A DNA stretch of 64,000 nt, taken from Octopus vulgaris (taxonomy: Eukaryota). This document shows positions 24,152 to 37,370 of the stretch, in pieces (the stretch's first letter is position 1; every line of letters begins with the position of its first letter). The stretch covers positions 116,932,001 to 116,996,000 of the forward strand of contig OX597820.1 of assembly GCA_951406725.2 (NCBI GenBank), read 5' to 3'. The notes under the pieces are model-generated. The model was not told the DNA's origin, searched no databases, and saw nothing but the letters and a program-made list of their open reading frames with translations. The translations under genes and the position numbers were made by a program.

Positions 24152-24905
24152 TATAGCACCATTTCATAAAATTTCTCATTCCTTATTACTGAAATAAATA
24201 AAAGAATCATATTGAAGAAATCTTAATCAACATTCTTACCCTAATCCTAAAGGTATTAAGGCTGCTGCATTAAAAACCGATGTAAGGGTCTGCAGAGTGA
24301 GTCAGTAATTCAGCTTATTGTAAAGCTACTTTGGCTGAAGCGGTGCCAAGAGAAATCTGACTTAAGTGAAAAATAATCAGACCACTTTTGTTGTCAGTTT
24401 TAGTCTTAACTCCTCAGTGAAAAGGCATTAACAATTACAGTATCTAAATGGCTGATAATAAATGGAATTCAGTAACTCGTTAAGAAATTCTCATAATGAA
24501 GATGTTTAATTTAATGCAAATTTCAAGTTGTTTAATACACAGTGTTTTATAAAGAGGAAGATAAAAGTTCTCTTTGAATATAGAAATTAAATCAATACTT
24601 TTACATGGTTAACTGTAGTCTTAAAGTATTAATTCTCATTTGGCTGCTATTTAGCCCCAGGTCAGCCTGGATTGTGGGGTGGGGGGAACTTTAATCAAAA
24701 GGCACTCAAGCTAGGATTAACTTGTCTTTTCAGCCAGTTCACAGTTCATCTCGGACTACAATATCTGATGTTCTCTTTTCTTAAAGATGTTGGAGTAGCA
24801 AAGAGCAATGTATGGCAGCGTTTAGCTTGGTTTCTCAAGTTCTTGAGAGTACCAGTAAGATAATGGGGGTTATTTCATTTGCTTAAATACCTTAATTTAA
24901 AGCAA

Positions 24906-25173
24906 CCGGCCTCCGTGCCGGTGGCACGTAAAAAGCACCATCCGAGCGTGGCTGTTCGCCAGCCTTGTCTGGCACCTGTGTCGGTGGCACATAAAAAGCA
25001 CCCACTACACTCACGGAGTGGTTGGCGTTAGGAAGGGCATCCAGCTGTAGAAACACTGCCAGATCTGACTGGAGCCTGGTGCAGCCTTCGGGCTTCCCAG
25101 ACCCCAGTTGAACCGTCCAACCCATGCTAGCATGGAAAGCGGACGTTAAACGATGATGATGATGATGATGATG
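24906..25173 (+). mobile_element. Family C, young copy with long (GAT)n tail
   Basis: CpG-intact GGTGGCACGTAAAAAGCACC modules and GGCGTTAGGAAGGGCATCCAGCTG. Confidence 0.9.
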
Positions 25174-25499
25174 AATATAACAAAACCATCAGGCCTTGTG
25201 CCTAGAGAAGAAAAGAATATAATGAAACTGTATTTCAAAGAAAAAAAAAAAAAAAGAACCAAATAAGTTCTATATTAGACATGGTTGGGTGATTAAGAAA
25301 TCCACTCAGCAAAGGTGTAATTCCAGGTGTTTGACTCCACCATGCAGTGCTCTGAGTAAATGTCTGTTTTCTCCAAGAGTCTCAGGTTGTTCAATATCTT
25401 GGGAGTGGAATTGATAGATCGAAGCTAATCAGAACCTGCCATATATCGATCTGTGAGCATGTGTGTGCCTACATTTAGATGTTCATAGTCTAAAAAGCA

Positions 25500-25695
25500 G
25501 TGTTGCAGCCAAACTGCCCTCAAATCTCACCCAATAGGGTTAAAACACACACACATACACACAAACATTGAATAATGCATTGAAATATGTTATACCTGAA
25601 AAAAAAAAGTGGTGGGAGAGATGGTCATGATCAGAACGTCTTTGATCATAGATTTGCTCAATCAAGATTACTGAATTGGTGCTAAACAACAACAT
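25500..25695 (+). mobile_element. Ancient family E repeat (other fragments near 1105-1270, 5325/6215-6340, 11685, 16780, 17460, 24640, 30930, 42545, 53880-54090)
   Basis: Recurrent motifs GCAGCCAAA..TCCCTCAAATC.CACCC...ATGGTCATG.CTGGAA..CTTTGATCA...GCTAAACAACAAC; class not determined. Confidence 0.65.
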
Positions 25696-26455
25696 ACCAA
25701 CAACCCGCCTAAAACACCCACCAAAAGTTCTATTTGGATGGGAGTGTGTGGTAAAAGTACCAAAGTACCAAAGTACCAGCTGGTAATTAACAAGATATAT
25801 TACGATAGAAGGAATCACAAAAATAACAAAATATTTTTGTACAGCAAGACTAAAAGTGTTTGCATCTTGTATACATTTCCTGCAAAATACATTTGTGTTA
25901 TGATTCTTCAGGGAACTGATAAGTGGAGGAAGGTTTATTTTCTTTCTTTTTTTTTTTTTTTTTTTTAGGGAATTCTAGATCAAGTTTAGAACAGAAGAGA
26001 ACCCAGTCACCCCAATCAGAAGCCACACATTTTGGATATGGAACAGGTAAACATGAAACCATTGACACTTACATGTGTTGTTGTTGTTGTTTCAAAGTAA
26101 GAACTACTTAATACTGTACATAGATTCCAGCTGTCATGGAATGGTAAAACCATAAGAGAATTAAGAGAAGGAAGAAAGGAAAATGAAATAGGAGACAGAA
26201 TGGTAAGAGAAGGTCAGAAATAGGATAGAAGAAAGGGTGCAGATCCAAGGATGTTGCCAGGTTAACCTTCAGTTAATATTTCAACTAAATAAAAAAAAGG
26301 CAAAAACTGTAGTTTCAGGATGGTTGTGATTCTAAAATTCTATCCTGCCTTTTAGCATTTATTTCTAAGACATGTACAAAGCCTCAGATTTCAGGGGTTG
26401 GATGTAGTTGATTATACCGACCCCAAGTAATGACTGGTATTTTATTTTGCTGACC

Positions 26456-26813
26456 ACCAGTCTTTGTTGCTGTGTAAAAGATTATTTGCCTCAATGACTC
26501 TGAGAGCGATGCCAATGGGGTGAAAACTCCCAACAGAGCCTCTTGTGCTGGACAAGTCAAAGAACAGAAGCCGGACTAATATGGACTGCTTGCTTCCAAG
26601 AATAAAAATTAGGTTGCGACTAGAACAAAAACAAATTTACAGAAATACTGATGACAATTCAAAACCAACAAGACTTGGGGTAAACATACAAATCCACAAG
26701 TGGGGACACCTTAAGAGCTGGAAATGGATCCAACTGGAGAAGAAGCAGAGAAAATGGCCCAGAGTTGAGGACAGTGAAGGCCAGTTGTTGATGGTTTGAT
26801 GTAAAGAGCTGAA
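26456..26813 (+). mobile_element. Bipartite non-autonomous RTE derivative inserted in an old family B SINE
   Basis: RTE-5'UTR-like CTCAATGACTCTGAGAGCGATGCC...TGCTGGACAAGTCAAAG fused to RTE C-terminus-like MDPTGEEAEKMAQS*GQ*RPVVDGL; family B halves on both sides. Confidence 0.6.
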
Positions 26814-27512
26814 GTATGTTATTTTATCAACCCTGGGAAAATGAAGGGTAAAGTTTTGACTTCAGCAGGATTTCAACTCAGAATGCAAAGAACTATGCAG
26901 TGTTCCACCAATTTTGCCAGATTCCATAATAACAGTAATTGGTGTCAGCAGGCAATTAATAAATAAATAAATAAATCAGCTATGATGAAGTAGACACAGA
27001 GTTAAGGCCCTTGCAGCACACTGTTAGTAATAAGATCTGAATTATAACCTTATGGTCACAGCATCTGAACATCACAACATATAAAGGTTTACATTATGAC
27101 AGCAGGTTCATTCATTCACAAAGACAAAACAAAACACACACACACACACAAACAAACACAAACTTTAAAGGAGAATTTGCGCCTGAAATTACAACAAAAG
27201 CTCAAATTGGTGACCTTTGACATCCATTTTTTATGCCATTAAATACATAAACTTTGAACCATTCTTAGGGTTCTTACCAAAAATGGATAGGATTGCTTCC
27301 TTTAATCTATTGAGAGTCTTGAATCAATTTCTGTTGACTACTAATTTTCCACAGTGAAGGGGAAAGAAAAAACCCCCAAAAAGACCAATCAGATTTCAGA
27401 GACTTTAGTGACTATTCAACTGCAACTGACATCCTGTTCTACCTTCCAAGAAATGTGACGTGTAGTTTGGGGTTTGGTAAGTCTTAGTAGAATAAGTTAT
27501 TGGGTAGAATAA

Positions 27513-27927
27513 GGCGGCGAGCTGGCAGAAATGTTAGCACACTAGGAGAAATGCTTAGTAGTATTTCGTCTGCCGCTACGTTCTGAGTTCAAATTCTGCC
27601 GAGGTCGACTTTGCCTTTCATCCTCTTGGGGTCGATAAATTAAGCACCAGTTATGCACTGGGGTTGATGTAATCGACTTAATCCGTTTGTCTGTTCTTGT
27701 TTGTCCCCTCTGTTTTTAGCCCCTTGTGGGTAGTAAAGAAATAGGTATTTCGTCTGCCGCTACTTTCTAAGTTCAAATTCCACCGAGGTCGGCTTTGCCT
27801 TTCATCCTTTCAGGGTCAATTAAATAAGTACCAGTTACGCACTGGGGTCGATATAATTGACTTAATCCGTTTGTCTGTCCTTGTTTGTCCCCTCTGTTTT
27901 TAGCCCCTTGTGGGCAGTAAAGAAATA
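27513..27927 (+). mobile_element. SINE family B partial tandem dimer
   Basis: Junction AAAGAAATAG|GTATTTCGTCTG at 27744/27745; flanking duplication AGAATAAGTTATTGGGT at 27489-27505 and 27928-27944. Confidence 0.92.
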
Positions 27928-28179
27928 AGAATAAGTTATTGGGTGGCTGCCTTATTTCGTGACCAAAACAAACTTTTTCCTCCCAATTACCACAGTAATG
28001 TCTAGTGAAGAGCTGTGTGTGGGGGTGTATGCATGCCTCCAGCGCCAAAAAAAGTGCTGTCGCCAAAACAGTCAGCTGTGCCAAATCATCTCATTCCAGG
28101 GGACGACAGAATCGTTGCAACAAACAACACTTTGTGATGTTTCGCTCTGTTGCAGTTCTCTTTCATTATATTTACTCTC

Positions 28180-28396
28180 TTTTACTCTTTTATTTGTTTC
28201 AGTCATTTAACTGCGGCCATGCTGGAGCACCGCCTTTAGTCGAGCAAATCGACCCCGGGACTTATTCTTTGTAAGCCCAGTACTTATTCTATCAGTCTCT
28301 TTTGCTGAACTGCTAAGTGACGGGGACGTAAACACACCAGCATCGGTTGTCAAGCAATGCTAGGGGGACAAACATAGACACACAAACACATACACA

Positions 28397-28438
<42 letters not shown>

Positions 28439-28603
28439 TACGACAGGCTTGTTTCAGTTTCCGTCTACCAAATCCACTCACAAGGTATTGGTCAGCCCGG
28501 GGCTATAGCAGAAGACACTTGCCCAAGATGCCACGCAGTGGGACTGAACCCGGAACCGTGTGGTTGGTAAGCAAGCTACTTACCACACAGCCACTCCTGC
28601 ACC
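28180..28603 (-). mobile_element. SINE family A, full length
   Basis: Near-consensus reverse-complement copy. Confidence 0.92.
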
Positions 28604-29157
28604 TTATTTTATTCAACTGAGAAGAGGGATAAGGGCCAAGGCAGCCAAACTAGCAGCACTGGTAGTTTAATCAGTATAAACTGGTACCACAGAGGGTGGT
28701 GGTACTATTTTGCGAATGTTGTAATTGCGGTATCAGTAAGTGTGTGTCACTTGTTATGAAAAGAGACTAGAAGAGCAGCTCTTGTGGTGAAGTATTTGGT
28801 TACTGGTAGTTATAAGAGATCAAATACAACTTAACAGGATCTAAAGTAATGTTGACTGGAACATTTGCAGGAAATTGAAATGAAAAAACGAAAATTTTCT
28901 TTTTTAGTATTTTGGTTTTTAAAAGTGCTATGTAGAGCAGTAGCGCCGAAATGAGTATAACATCTGAGGGTGAAAGAAGAGGTGAAGTGACAAGTGTGAG
29001 AGGGAGGGGGATGGAAAGAGAGAGAGAGAGACATACATAGAATGGATATACAACAGAGATATATACAGTTAAAAAAAAAATGAGCTAAGGGAAATAATTC
29101 AAATGGTGCCAGTGGTATAATTTTGAATAAACAAGTTGAGGGGTGATATACTGAAAA

Positions 29158-29375
29158 GGCGGCGAGCTGGCAGACACGTTAGCACACCGGGTGGAATGCT
29201 TAGCGGTATTTCGTCTGTCGTTACGTTCCAAGTTCAAATTCCGCCGAGGTCGACTTTGCCTTTCATCCTTTCGGGGTCGATAAATAAAAGTACCAGTTTC
29301 GCACTGGGGTCGATGTAATTTGTCTGTCCTTGTTTGTCCTCTCTATGTTTAGCCCCTTGTGGGCAATAAAGAAAT
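29158..29375 (+). mobile_element. SINE family B, full length
   Basis: Near-consensus copy. Confidence 0.92.
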
Positions 29376-29625
29376 ATATATTGAATGCTACATGCAAAAA
29401 ATTCTTAATCGTAAGGGTCTTTACTTTCGTCACACACACACACACACACACACTTATGACTATTTACCCCCACCACATGACATCCCCCTACCACCACAAT
29501 CAAAGCAGGTTCACAAGAAACATCAAACATATAAGCACTTTCTCATTGATATCAGTTCCTGTAGACATATTCTGGTATTTCCTTCATGTAGTCAGAGAGA
29601 ATACAAGCAGAAAAAAAGGCACAGA

Positions 29626-29697
<72 letters not shown>

Positions 29698-30189
29698 ACA
29701 TACCTCTCTCCATGTGTGTACTACACATATAAAAAGAAAAAGGAAAAAAAGTATTCAATAAAAAGGCTAAAATTATAAATATTGGAAGCTGAAAACTTTG
29801 TTCACCATTTCTGAGTTTCTTGTTTCCAGTTTTTGGACAGTTGTTTTGGAGAGAACCATTCCAACAGTAATAATAAACTTATAAAGGAAAAAAAAGTACA
29901 GAAAAATACACAAAATACTCGGATGTGATGTTAATCTTTGAAAAAAGAGATTGTAACCTATAGCCTCTTTTGGTCCTAATGAGGCAAACACTTAAAAAGG
30001 ATGGAAGATAAATTAATGTTTATTTCATAAGAAAGTCTGCAGAAAGATTCATGGAGTTGGTTTACAGTGAGGATGGCAAAAATTTGAGTTTTAAGATCTT
30101 GTACTGAGGCAGACAGTGTGTGTGTGTGTGGTTAAATACCAGCAATTGCACCCTTCCCAAGCCTTTTTTTATTAAAAAAAAAAAAAAAA

Positions 30190-30417
30190 AGCACCAACTG
30201 ATCGTGGCCGGTGCCAGACCCCTCTGGCACCTGTGCAGGTGGCACGTAAAAAGCACCCACTACACTCGCGGAGTGGTTGGCGTTAGGAAGGGCATCCAGC
30301 TGTAGAAACACTGCCAGATCAGACTGGAGCCTGGGCAGCCCCTGGCTCCCCAGACCCCGGTCGAACCGTCCAACCCATGCTAGCGCGGAAAACGGCCATT
30401 AAACAATGATGATGATG
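30190..30417 (+). mobile_element. Family C copy
   Basis: Near-identical to 24930-25173. Confidence 0.9.
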
Positions 30418-31709
30418 AAAGCTGTATAGGACTGGGTCAATTCCTCTCTCAAATGATCTACACATCTGTTCGTTCTGCTAATGATTTACATTCCCAAGAA
30501 TTCAGTTTATCATTTCTTTTGTTATTCAATAAAACATTAAAAATAATAACAAATATGTTTACTTCATTTTAACTTGTTTTAATTGATTTTCTTCAGTTGG
30601 TGTTTATAAGTTTATTGTCTTTATCAATGAACTGGGTCAGTCGGAGAATCGTGTGTGATAGGGGAGGGGGTCTGAAATAAGAGATTATTTGGTATCCTGT
30701 TGGGAATAAGGAGAAGATGGAGAAATAGATGAGGCTGGAGCCATAAACATTAAGATTGCATATGGGATGAGATGGAATGGATATGTGCATCGTGCATGTG
30801 TGTGCACATGGGCATGCAATGGTTCACTCATGCATGTCACGTGAGACATTAACCAAGCATGGTTCTATAATAGATATCTTGGTCAATGGCTGCTTAACAA
30901 ACATCTACTCAAGCCACTGAAGCAGCCTTTTATGCTGTTGTTTGGTCTGCTAGAAAGAGCAACCAAATTTCCATCGAATCACATCCTGATATCTTAAGAC
31001 AGAATGGATGGTCATGGCTGGAACACTTTGATCAGTCATTGAACTGTGGCCAAGCTGGGGCACTGTCTTGATGGGTTTAGTTGAACAAATCAACCCCCAC
31101 CCACTCTCAAGTGAAATCAGCAAGATGGTTTGACAAAGCAGGACCTTTATAGATAGAAACCATCTGATAAATAGCCACAGTTTCCAGTATCAATTTCACT
31201 GACTACCTGAAGCCTTTGGAAAAAGATGCTGGCCCACAATGCCACAACAATGAGATGGAACCCAGGATGTTATGATAAGAAAGCAAACATCTTAACCATT
31301 TAGCCATTTTGGCATCCACCATCCACCATTGTAATAGTAGTATTAAGATAGAAAAGAGAATGTCTGTGGGTGAGAAACTGTAGTATATTGGAGAATGAGT
31401 TTTTGTCAATCAATGAGATGGCCTTCTTTTAGATGCAATCTAGGATAATCACGTGGCAGCAACACTCCTCCCAGATATTGGACCGAGGAAGATCCATTGT
31501 GGATCTTACTTGAGTTGTGTATGTACAGTATGAGAGAGAGAGAGAGAGAGAGAAATTTTCTGAAATATTATATAACCCTGAAGTGATGTTGTCATAATTG
31601 ATCCAGAGGTTGTTAATCATGTTTTAAGAATTTTAAATAATTATGAAAGTAAAAAAGCAATTTTGAATACTTTTTAAGTTTTGAACCAATACAAAAACAA
31701 AGTTCGTAT

Positions 31710-31914
31710 ACTCTTTTACTTGTTTCAGTCATTTGACTGCGGCCATGCTGGAGCACCGCCTTTAGTCGAGCAAATCGACCCCGGGACTTATTCTTTGTAA
31801 GTCCAGTACTTATTCTATCGGTCTCTTTTTGCTGAACCGCTAAGTGACGGGGACGTAAACACACCAGCATCGGTTGTCAAGCAATGCTAGGGGGACAAAA
31901 ACAGACACACAAAC

Positions 31915-31949
<35 letters not shown>

Positions 31950-31950
31950 T
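31710..31950 (-). mobile_element. SINE family A 3' half, truncated at the internal microsatellite
   Basis: Consensus tail to (TA)n, then unrelated sequence. Confidence 0.88.
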
Positions 31951-32223
31951 CCAGAGGCTTCAAATTTATAAGAACGCTGTTGGGCAGTGAAATATTAATG
32001 TCTTCCAGAGCCTCAAAGTTATCAAATAGACCAGTATTTGGCCACTGAGACACTCTACAGGGTTAGCTTATTACAGTTTGAAATCCCATAAAACCTGGGA
32101 CTTTGTTCTTATCAGTTAATTCCACACGGTAAGCTTGACCTCTGAATCACACTGAATCATGGACAGAAAATTTAAACCCAAGATATATGAACATCAAGTC
32201 CATTAGTTTCTCCATTTGACCAT

Positions 32224-32259
<36 letters not shown>

Positions 32260-32864
32260 TTGAATTCAAATGTAGAATCTTGGCAGAAAGCAATCAACAC
32301 AAATGGGATGAAAGGCAAAAACCAATCTTAAAGATGAACAGATTTGGATGTAGAAAAATGCAGTGCTTCTACACATGTGCATACAACCATTTCTCTTTTT
32401 CTCTCCTCAATTCATGTGAGAATAAAAGGGAAAAGGTTATATTTTAGTCTAGGATTATAGGAATGAAGCATGCATAGGAATGTGGGAATAGGTGGAGACT
32501 GGAGATAAACGGAGTGAACATGATCTATTGGATGCTTAATGTCAACCCACATAAGAGGCAGAGCACAAGTGAGCTGAGAAAGCAGCTGAGCATTAAAGGC
32601 ATCAAGTGAAGTGTGCAGAAGAGATGACTGTCTGTGTGGAGATGCAGTGTGAATGAATGACAAGTGTTGGGGGGAAACAACAACAACAAAAAAACATTGT
32701 ATACTGTCAGTAGAAGAGAGAGAGTCATTGAAGAGGTAGAACAAGAAAGATGTGGAAACGATTGATGGTGTCGGACTTTAGGATTGTGGATCTCACAGAA
32801 GAAATAACGAAATACTGGAAAACAATTAGAAATATATTGTGCAGCAGACTTTTGAAACTAATAC

Positions 32865-33093
32865 CTATTTCTTTACTACCCACAAGGGGCTAAACACAGA
32901 GGGGACAAACAAGGACAGACATAGGTATTAAGTTGATTACATCGACTCCAGTGCGTAACTGGTACTTAATTTATCGACCCTGAAAGGATGAAAGCAAAGT
33001 CGACCTCGGCGGAATTTGAACTCACAACGTAACGCAGACGAAATACCGCTAAGCATTTCGCCCAGCGTGCTAACGTTTCTGCCAGCCCGCCAC
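32865..33093 (-). mobile_element. SINE family B with TSD
   Basis: CTTTTGAAACTAATAC(C) at 32849-32864 and 33094-33110. Confidence 0.92.
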
Positions 33094-33469
33094 CTTTTGA
33101 AACTAATACCAGCATGGAAAAAGGAATATTTGAGTGCTGCTGCTGCTGAAGATGACATAGAATTTAACATCATTCACTGCCTACGTCTATAGCCACTACA
33201 TTACAACAAAAACCAACAACAGTAAGAACATCCCGCCTGTAATAAAATGCCAGGCTGAGTCATCAGCTCAGCAAAGGCGGTTGTTTTCCTGATTAACCTG
33301 AGGAATTAACAGCAGCATAAATGAAACACTTGACGAAGAAGAAGATGCCATAACCCCATGCCATGATTACCGAGACAAAAATAAAAAATTCATGTAAATA
33401 CAGGGAAAAAGAGAGGAGAAATCTGTTGTTTAATACAAGGAACCAATTCTATGCAAATAATATCTGTCT

Positions 33470-33827
33470 CTGTTTCTTTACTACCCACAAGGGGTTAAAC
33501 ACAGAGAGGACAAACAAGGACAGACAAACGGATTAAGTCAATTATATTGACCCCAGTGCGTAACCGGTACTTAATTTATCGACCCCCAAAAGGATGAAAG
33601 GCAAAGTCAAACCTGGTGGAATTTGTACTCAGAGCAGAAGGACGGACGAAATACCTATTTCTTTACTACCCGCAAGGAGCTGAACACAGAGGGGACAAAA
33701 CAAGGACAGACAAAGGGATTAAGTCGATTATATTGACCCCAGTGCGTAACTGGTATTTAATTAATCAACCCCGAAAGGATGAAAGGCAAAATCAACCTTG
33801 GCGGAATTTGAACTCAGAATGTAACGC
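33470..33827 (-). mobile_element. SINE family B partial tandem dimer
   Basis: Junction GACGAAATAC|CTATTTCTTT at 33654/33655, the same junction as at 27744. Confidence 0.85.
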
Positions 33828-34177
33828 AAATAATATCTTCTTCCCTCTGAAACACATGACCACAATTTTTTTTTTTTATTTTGGTTGGTGGTGGGGTAAT
33901 TAATGAATCAAACAGTGAAGATGTATGTCTGCAAGTCATTTGGATTGACTGAAGGAAAAAGAAAAGAAAAAAAAGGAGCAGGGTGGGGCATGAAAGGAAA
34001 GGTTGGTCCCAGTGGAATTTGAACTTAGAACATAAAAAGCTTTAAGTACAATATCACAACACACTTTTTCTGGTGCTCCACCATTTCTGATATAAAGTCA
34101 CCAATTTTGTAAAGGAAAAATATAGTTGATTTTGTCAACCTCAAAATATTACTGGTATTTTTTTTTTTGGTCGAACA

Positions 34178-35085
34178 TAGGTGCAGGTGTGGCTGTGTGG
34201 TAAGAAGTTTGCTTCCCAACCACATGGTTCTGGGTTCAGTCCCACTGCATAGTACCCTGGGCAAATGTCTTCTGCTATAGCCTCAGGCCAACCAAAGCCT
34301 TTTGAGAAGATTTGGTAAATGGAAACTGAAAGAAGCCTGTCATGTGTCTATGTGTTTGGCTGTGAAGCAGTGATGGGGGATAGTGTTGGTTTGTTTATGT
34401 CCCTATAACTTAGTGGTTTGGCAAAACAGACTGAGAGAATAAGTACCAGGCTTAAGAAACAAAGTACTGGGGTTGATTAGTTCAACTAAAATATTTTTCA
34501 ATGTGGTGCTCCAGCATGGCCTCAGTCAAATGACTGAAAAGCATAAAAGATAAAAAGACAAACTCAGAATTGGTAGAGTGCCAAGCTAAATAATTTGTGT
34601 ATAGTTATGCTCCTTTTATATTCCCACTGTCTAATCATTTCTGACAAAGCCAGGGATTCTGGTCCCTTATTGTAACCCCTGAATGATAACAGGCAAAACT
34701 GATCATTGTAGGGTTTGAACTCAGAATATATAAAGATGAAAGAGATGCCTCAAGATATTTCATTGTTTACTGGTTTCACTCATTGGACAGCAGCCATGCT
34801 GGGGTTTTAGAAAAGAAAAGAATTACCTGGGTTTTTTTTAAAGTAGGGAACTTGTTCTAATGGTCTCTTTTGCTGAACCACTAAGCTATTAGGACATAAC
34901 CAAACCAGCACCAGTTCTCAAGAAGTGTGGGGGAGAACAAAGACACATACAAGCTTCTACACAGTTCCTGCCTATCAAATTCACTGGGGCTAAATTAGAA
35001 GACACTTGTCTAAGGTGCTGTATAGAGGAATTGAACCAAAAACCACCTGGTTGCAAAGTGAGCTAACCACGGGGCCAAACCTGTA
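34178..35085. mobile_element. Two diverged family A SINEs in opposite orientation (34178-34557 +, ~34765-35085 -)
   Basis: Family A head and tail motifs on each strand. Confidence 0.75.
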
Positions 35086-35351
35086 CCATACAGTTTGACC
35101 AATCATCCATCGGGTAATTAGTCCAAGGCCCTACTAACTAATGTGTTTGAGAAAGGCATGAACGTCGCTCAATCTCATTTCCTTTCTATAAAAGAGATGT
35201 AATGTGTTGAGCTGCATATAAGAAATCCTCATTGTTATGCAACTTTCACTCCTGTCACTTCGTATAAAAGAAGTTTGTCTGTCTGGATTACCCGGGTAGC
35301 AATCAGGGTGGCAGACGTAGTAATGAAGATATTTATTCAAACATATTTATT

Positions 35352-35387
<36 letters not shown>

Positions 35388-35494
35388 TATGTTTATTGGA
35401 TATGCTTATGTATAATGAAAAAAATACCATAAATTATTTCCTCCAATACACAATCACAAACTTCACTTGAAATAGTAGCATTACATAAGTTAGA

Positions 35495-35535
<41 letters not shown>

Positions 35536-35572
35536 TTAGTAGTAATATTAGTATTAGTAGTAGTAGTAGTAA

Positions 35573-35610
<38 letters not shown>

Positions 35611-35695
35611 TTAGTAGTAGTAGTAGTAATAGTAGTAGTAGTAGTGGTGGTAGTAGTATTAGTAGTAATATTAGTATTAGTAGTAGTAGTAGTAA

Positions 35696-35736
<41 letters not shown>

Positions 35737-35821
35737 TTAGTAGTAGTAGTAGTAATAGTAGTAGTAGTAGTGGTGGTAGTAGTATTAGTAGTAATATTAG
35801 TATTAGTAGTAGTAGTAGTAA

Positions 35822-35862
<41 letters not shown>

Positions 35863-36140
35863 TTAGTAGTAGTATTAGCAGCAGAGTTAATAACAGTGAA
35901 ATAACAATGGGTGGTTGTGACAGTGATGGTAGTAGTGGTAATAATAGTGCAGGTAGAGGTGATAGTAATAATGGCAATAGTGTGGTGATGGTGGCGGCAG
36001 CAATAGTAATAGTGGTGGTGGTAACAGCATTAGAAGTGATATTAGTGGTGGTGGTGGTGGTGGTGGTGGTGGTGGTGGCTGTAGCGATGGTAGAGCAAGG
36101 GTGGTGGTGGTGGTGGGTGGTGGTGGTGGTGGTGGTTTTA
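35495..36140. repeat. (AGT)n/(GGT)n trinucleotide array with a 126-bp higher-order period
   Basis: Same variant pattern recurs at 35611, 35737 and 35863; explains the poly-V/poly-L ORFs. Confidence 0.92.
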
Positions 36141-36235
36141 GAGTGGTAGAAATGAGAATTAAGGAAAGTAGCAACCCATCGTTGTTACATGTGTAATCTA
36201 TAGGATTGGTGTTGGAGCTAAAAGCTTCAGCTGCT

Positions 36236-36660
36236 GAAGAGGAAGGAGAAGAAGAAGGAGAATGAGGAGGAGAAGAAGAAAAAGGAGGAGGAGAAGGAGG
36301 AGGAGAAGGAGGAGGAAGAAAAAGGAGGAGGAGGAGGAGGAGGAGAAGGAGGAGAAGAAGAAAAAGGAAGAAGAAAAAGGAAGAAAAAGAAGGAGAATGA
36401 GGAGAAAAAGGAGGAGAAGAAGAAGAAAAAGGAAGAAAAAGAAGGAGAATGAGGAGAAAAAGGAGAAGAAGAAAAAGGAGGAGGATGAGGAAGAAAAAGG
36501 AGGAGGAGAAGAAGAAGGTGAAGGAGAAGAAGGAGAAGAAGAAAAAGGAGGAGGAGGAGAAAAGGAGGAGGAGGAGAAGAAGGGGGAGGAGGAGAAGAAG
36601 GGGGAGGAGAAGGAGAAGAAGAAGAAGAAGGAAAAGAAGAAGGAAAAGAAGAAGAAGGGA
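36236..36660. repeat. (GAA)/(GGA) polypurine low-complexity tract
   Basis: Direct inspection. Confidence 0.95.
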
Positions 36661-36979
36661 ACTTTATAGGGATTGGTGGATGATGTCTGTTTGACTGGGC
36701 TGAGTAATAATAATAATAATAATAAGGTCACCATTTATTTAACACACACACACACACTATAGCAAATATATGCAGAGGTACACGCGTGTATACACAAGCA
36801 AAATCAAAATGACAATGAGTGGTGTGTGTGTGTGTGAGGGAAAGAGAATGGGGGATATAAAGTATGTGTATTAGACAAAAGCACAGGGGTGTTGCCCAAA
36901 CACATGGATGTGTGAGTGTCACCCAAATGGAAATGATGTTACATCATGCACAAGTGTGTATGTGTGTATATGGACATAA

Positions 36980-37370
36980 GAACAGGTTTGGCCATGTGGT
37001 TAAGGAGCTTGTTTTGTAATCCTATGGTTTTAGGTTCAGTCCCACTGTGTAGCACCTCAAGTATTTCCTTGACTGACCAGTGCCTTGAGAGTATATTTGA
37101 AGGATGGAAACTGTGTGGAAGCCCATCGTATACACACACACACACACACACACACATCTATGTATGTATGTCTGTGTTTGTCTCCCATCATTGCCCGACA
37201 ACCTGTGTTGGTTTGTTTATGTCCCCGTAACTAAGCAGTTCAGCAAAACAGACCGACAGAATCAGTACCTGACCTAACAACAAGTCCTGGGATCAATTTG
37301 ATGAAACCTTTCAAAGCAGTGCCCCAACATGGCCGCAGTCCAATGACTGAAACAAGTAAAAATTAAAAGA
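36980..37370 (+). mobile_element. SINE family A, diverged copy
   Basis: Family A motifs throughout. Confidence 0.8.

Noticed and set aside
32400-32810. Possible ancient LINE 3' fragments (also ~11400-11600, ~38645-38830, ~40445-40660)
   Set aside because: Only faint peptide resemblance by eye; cannot be supported without a profile search.
35393-36734. Poly-L, poly-V and E/K/R-rich ORFs
   Set aside because: Trinucleotide repeats with no protein-like complexity or splice context.
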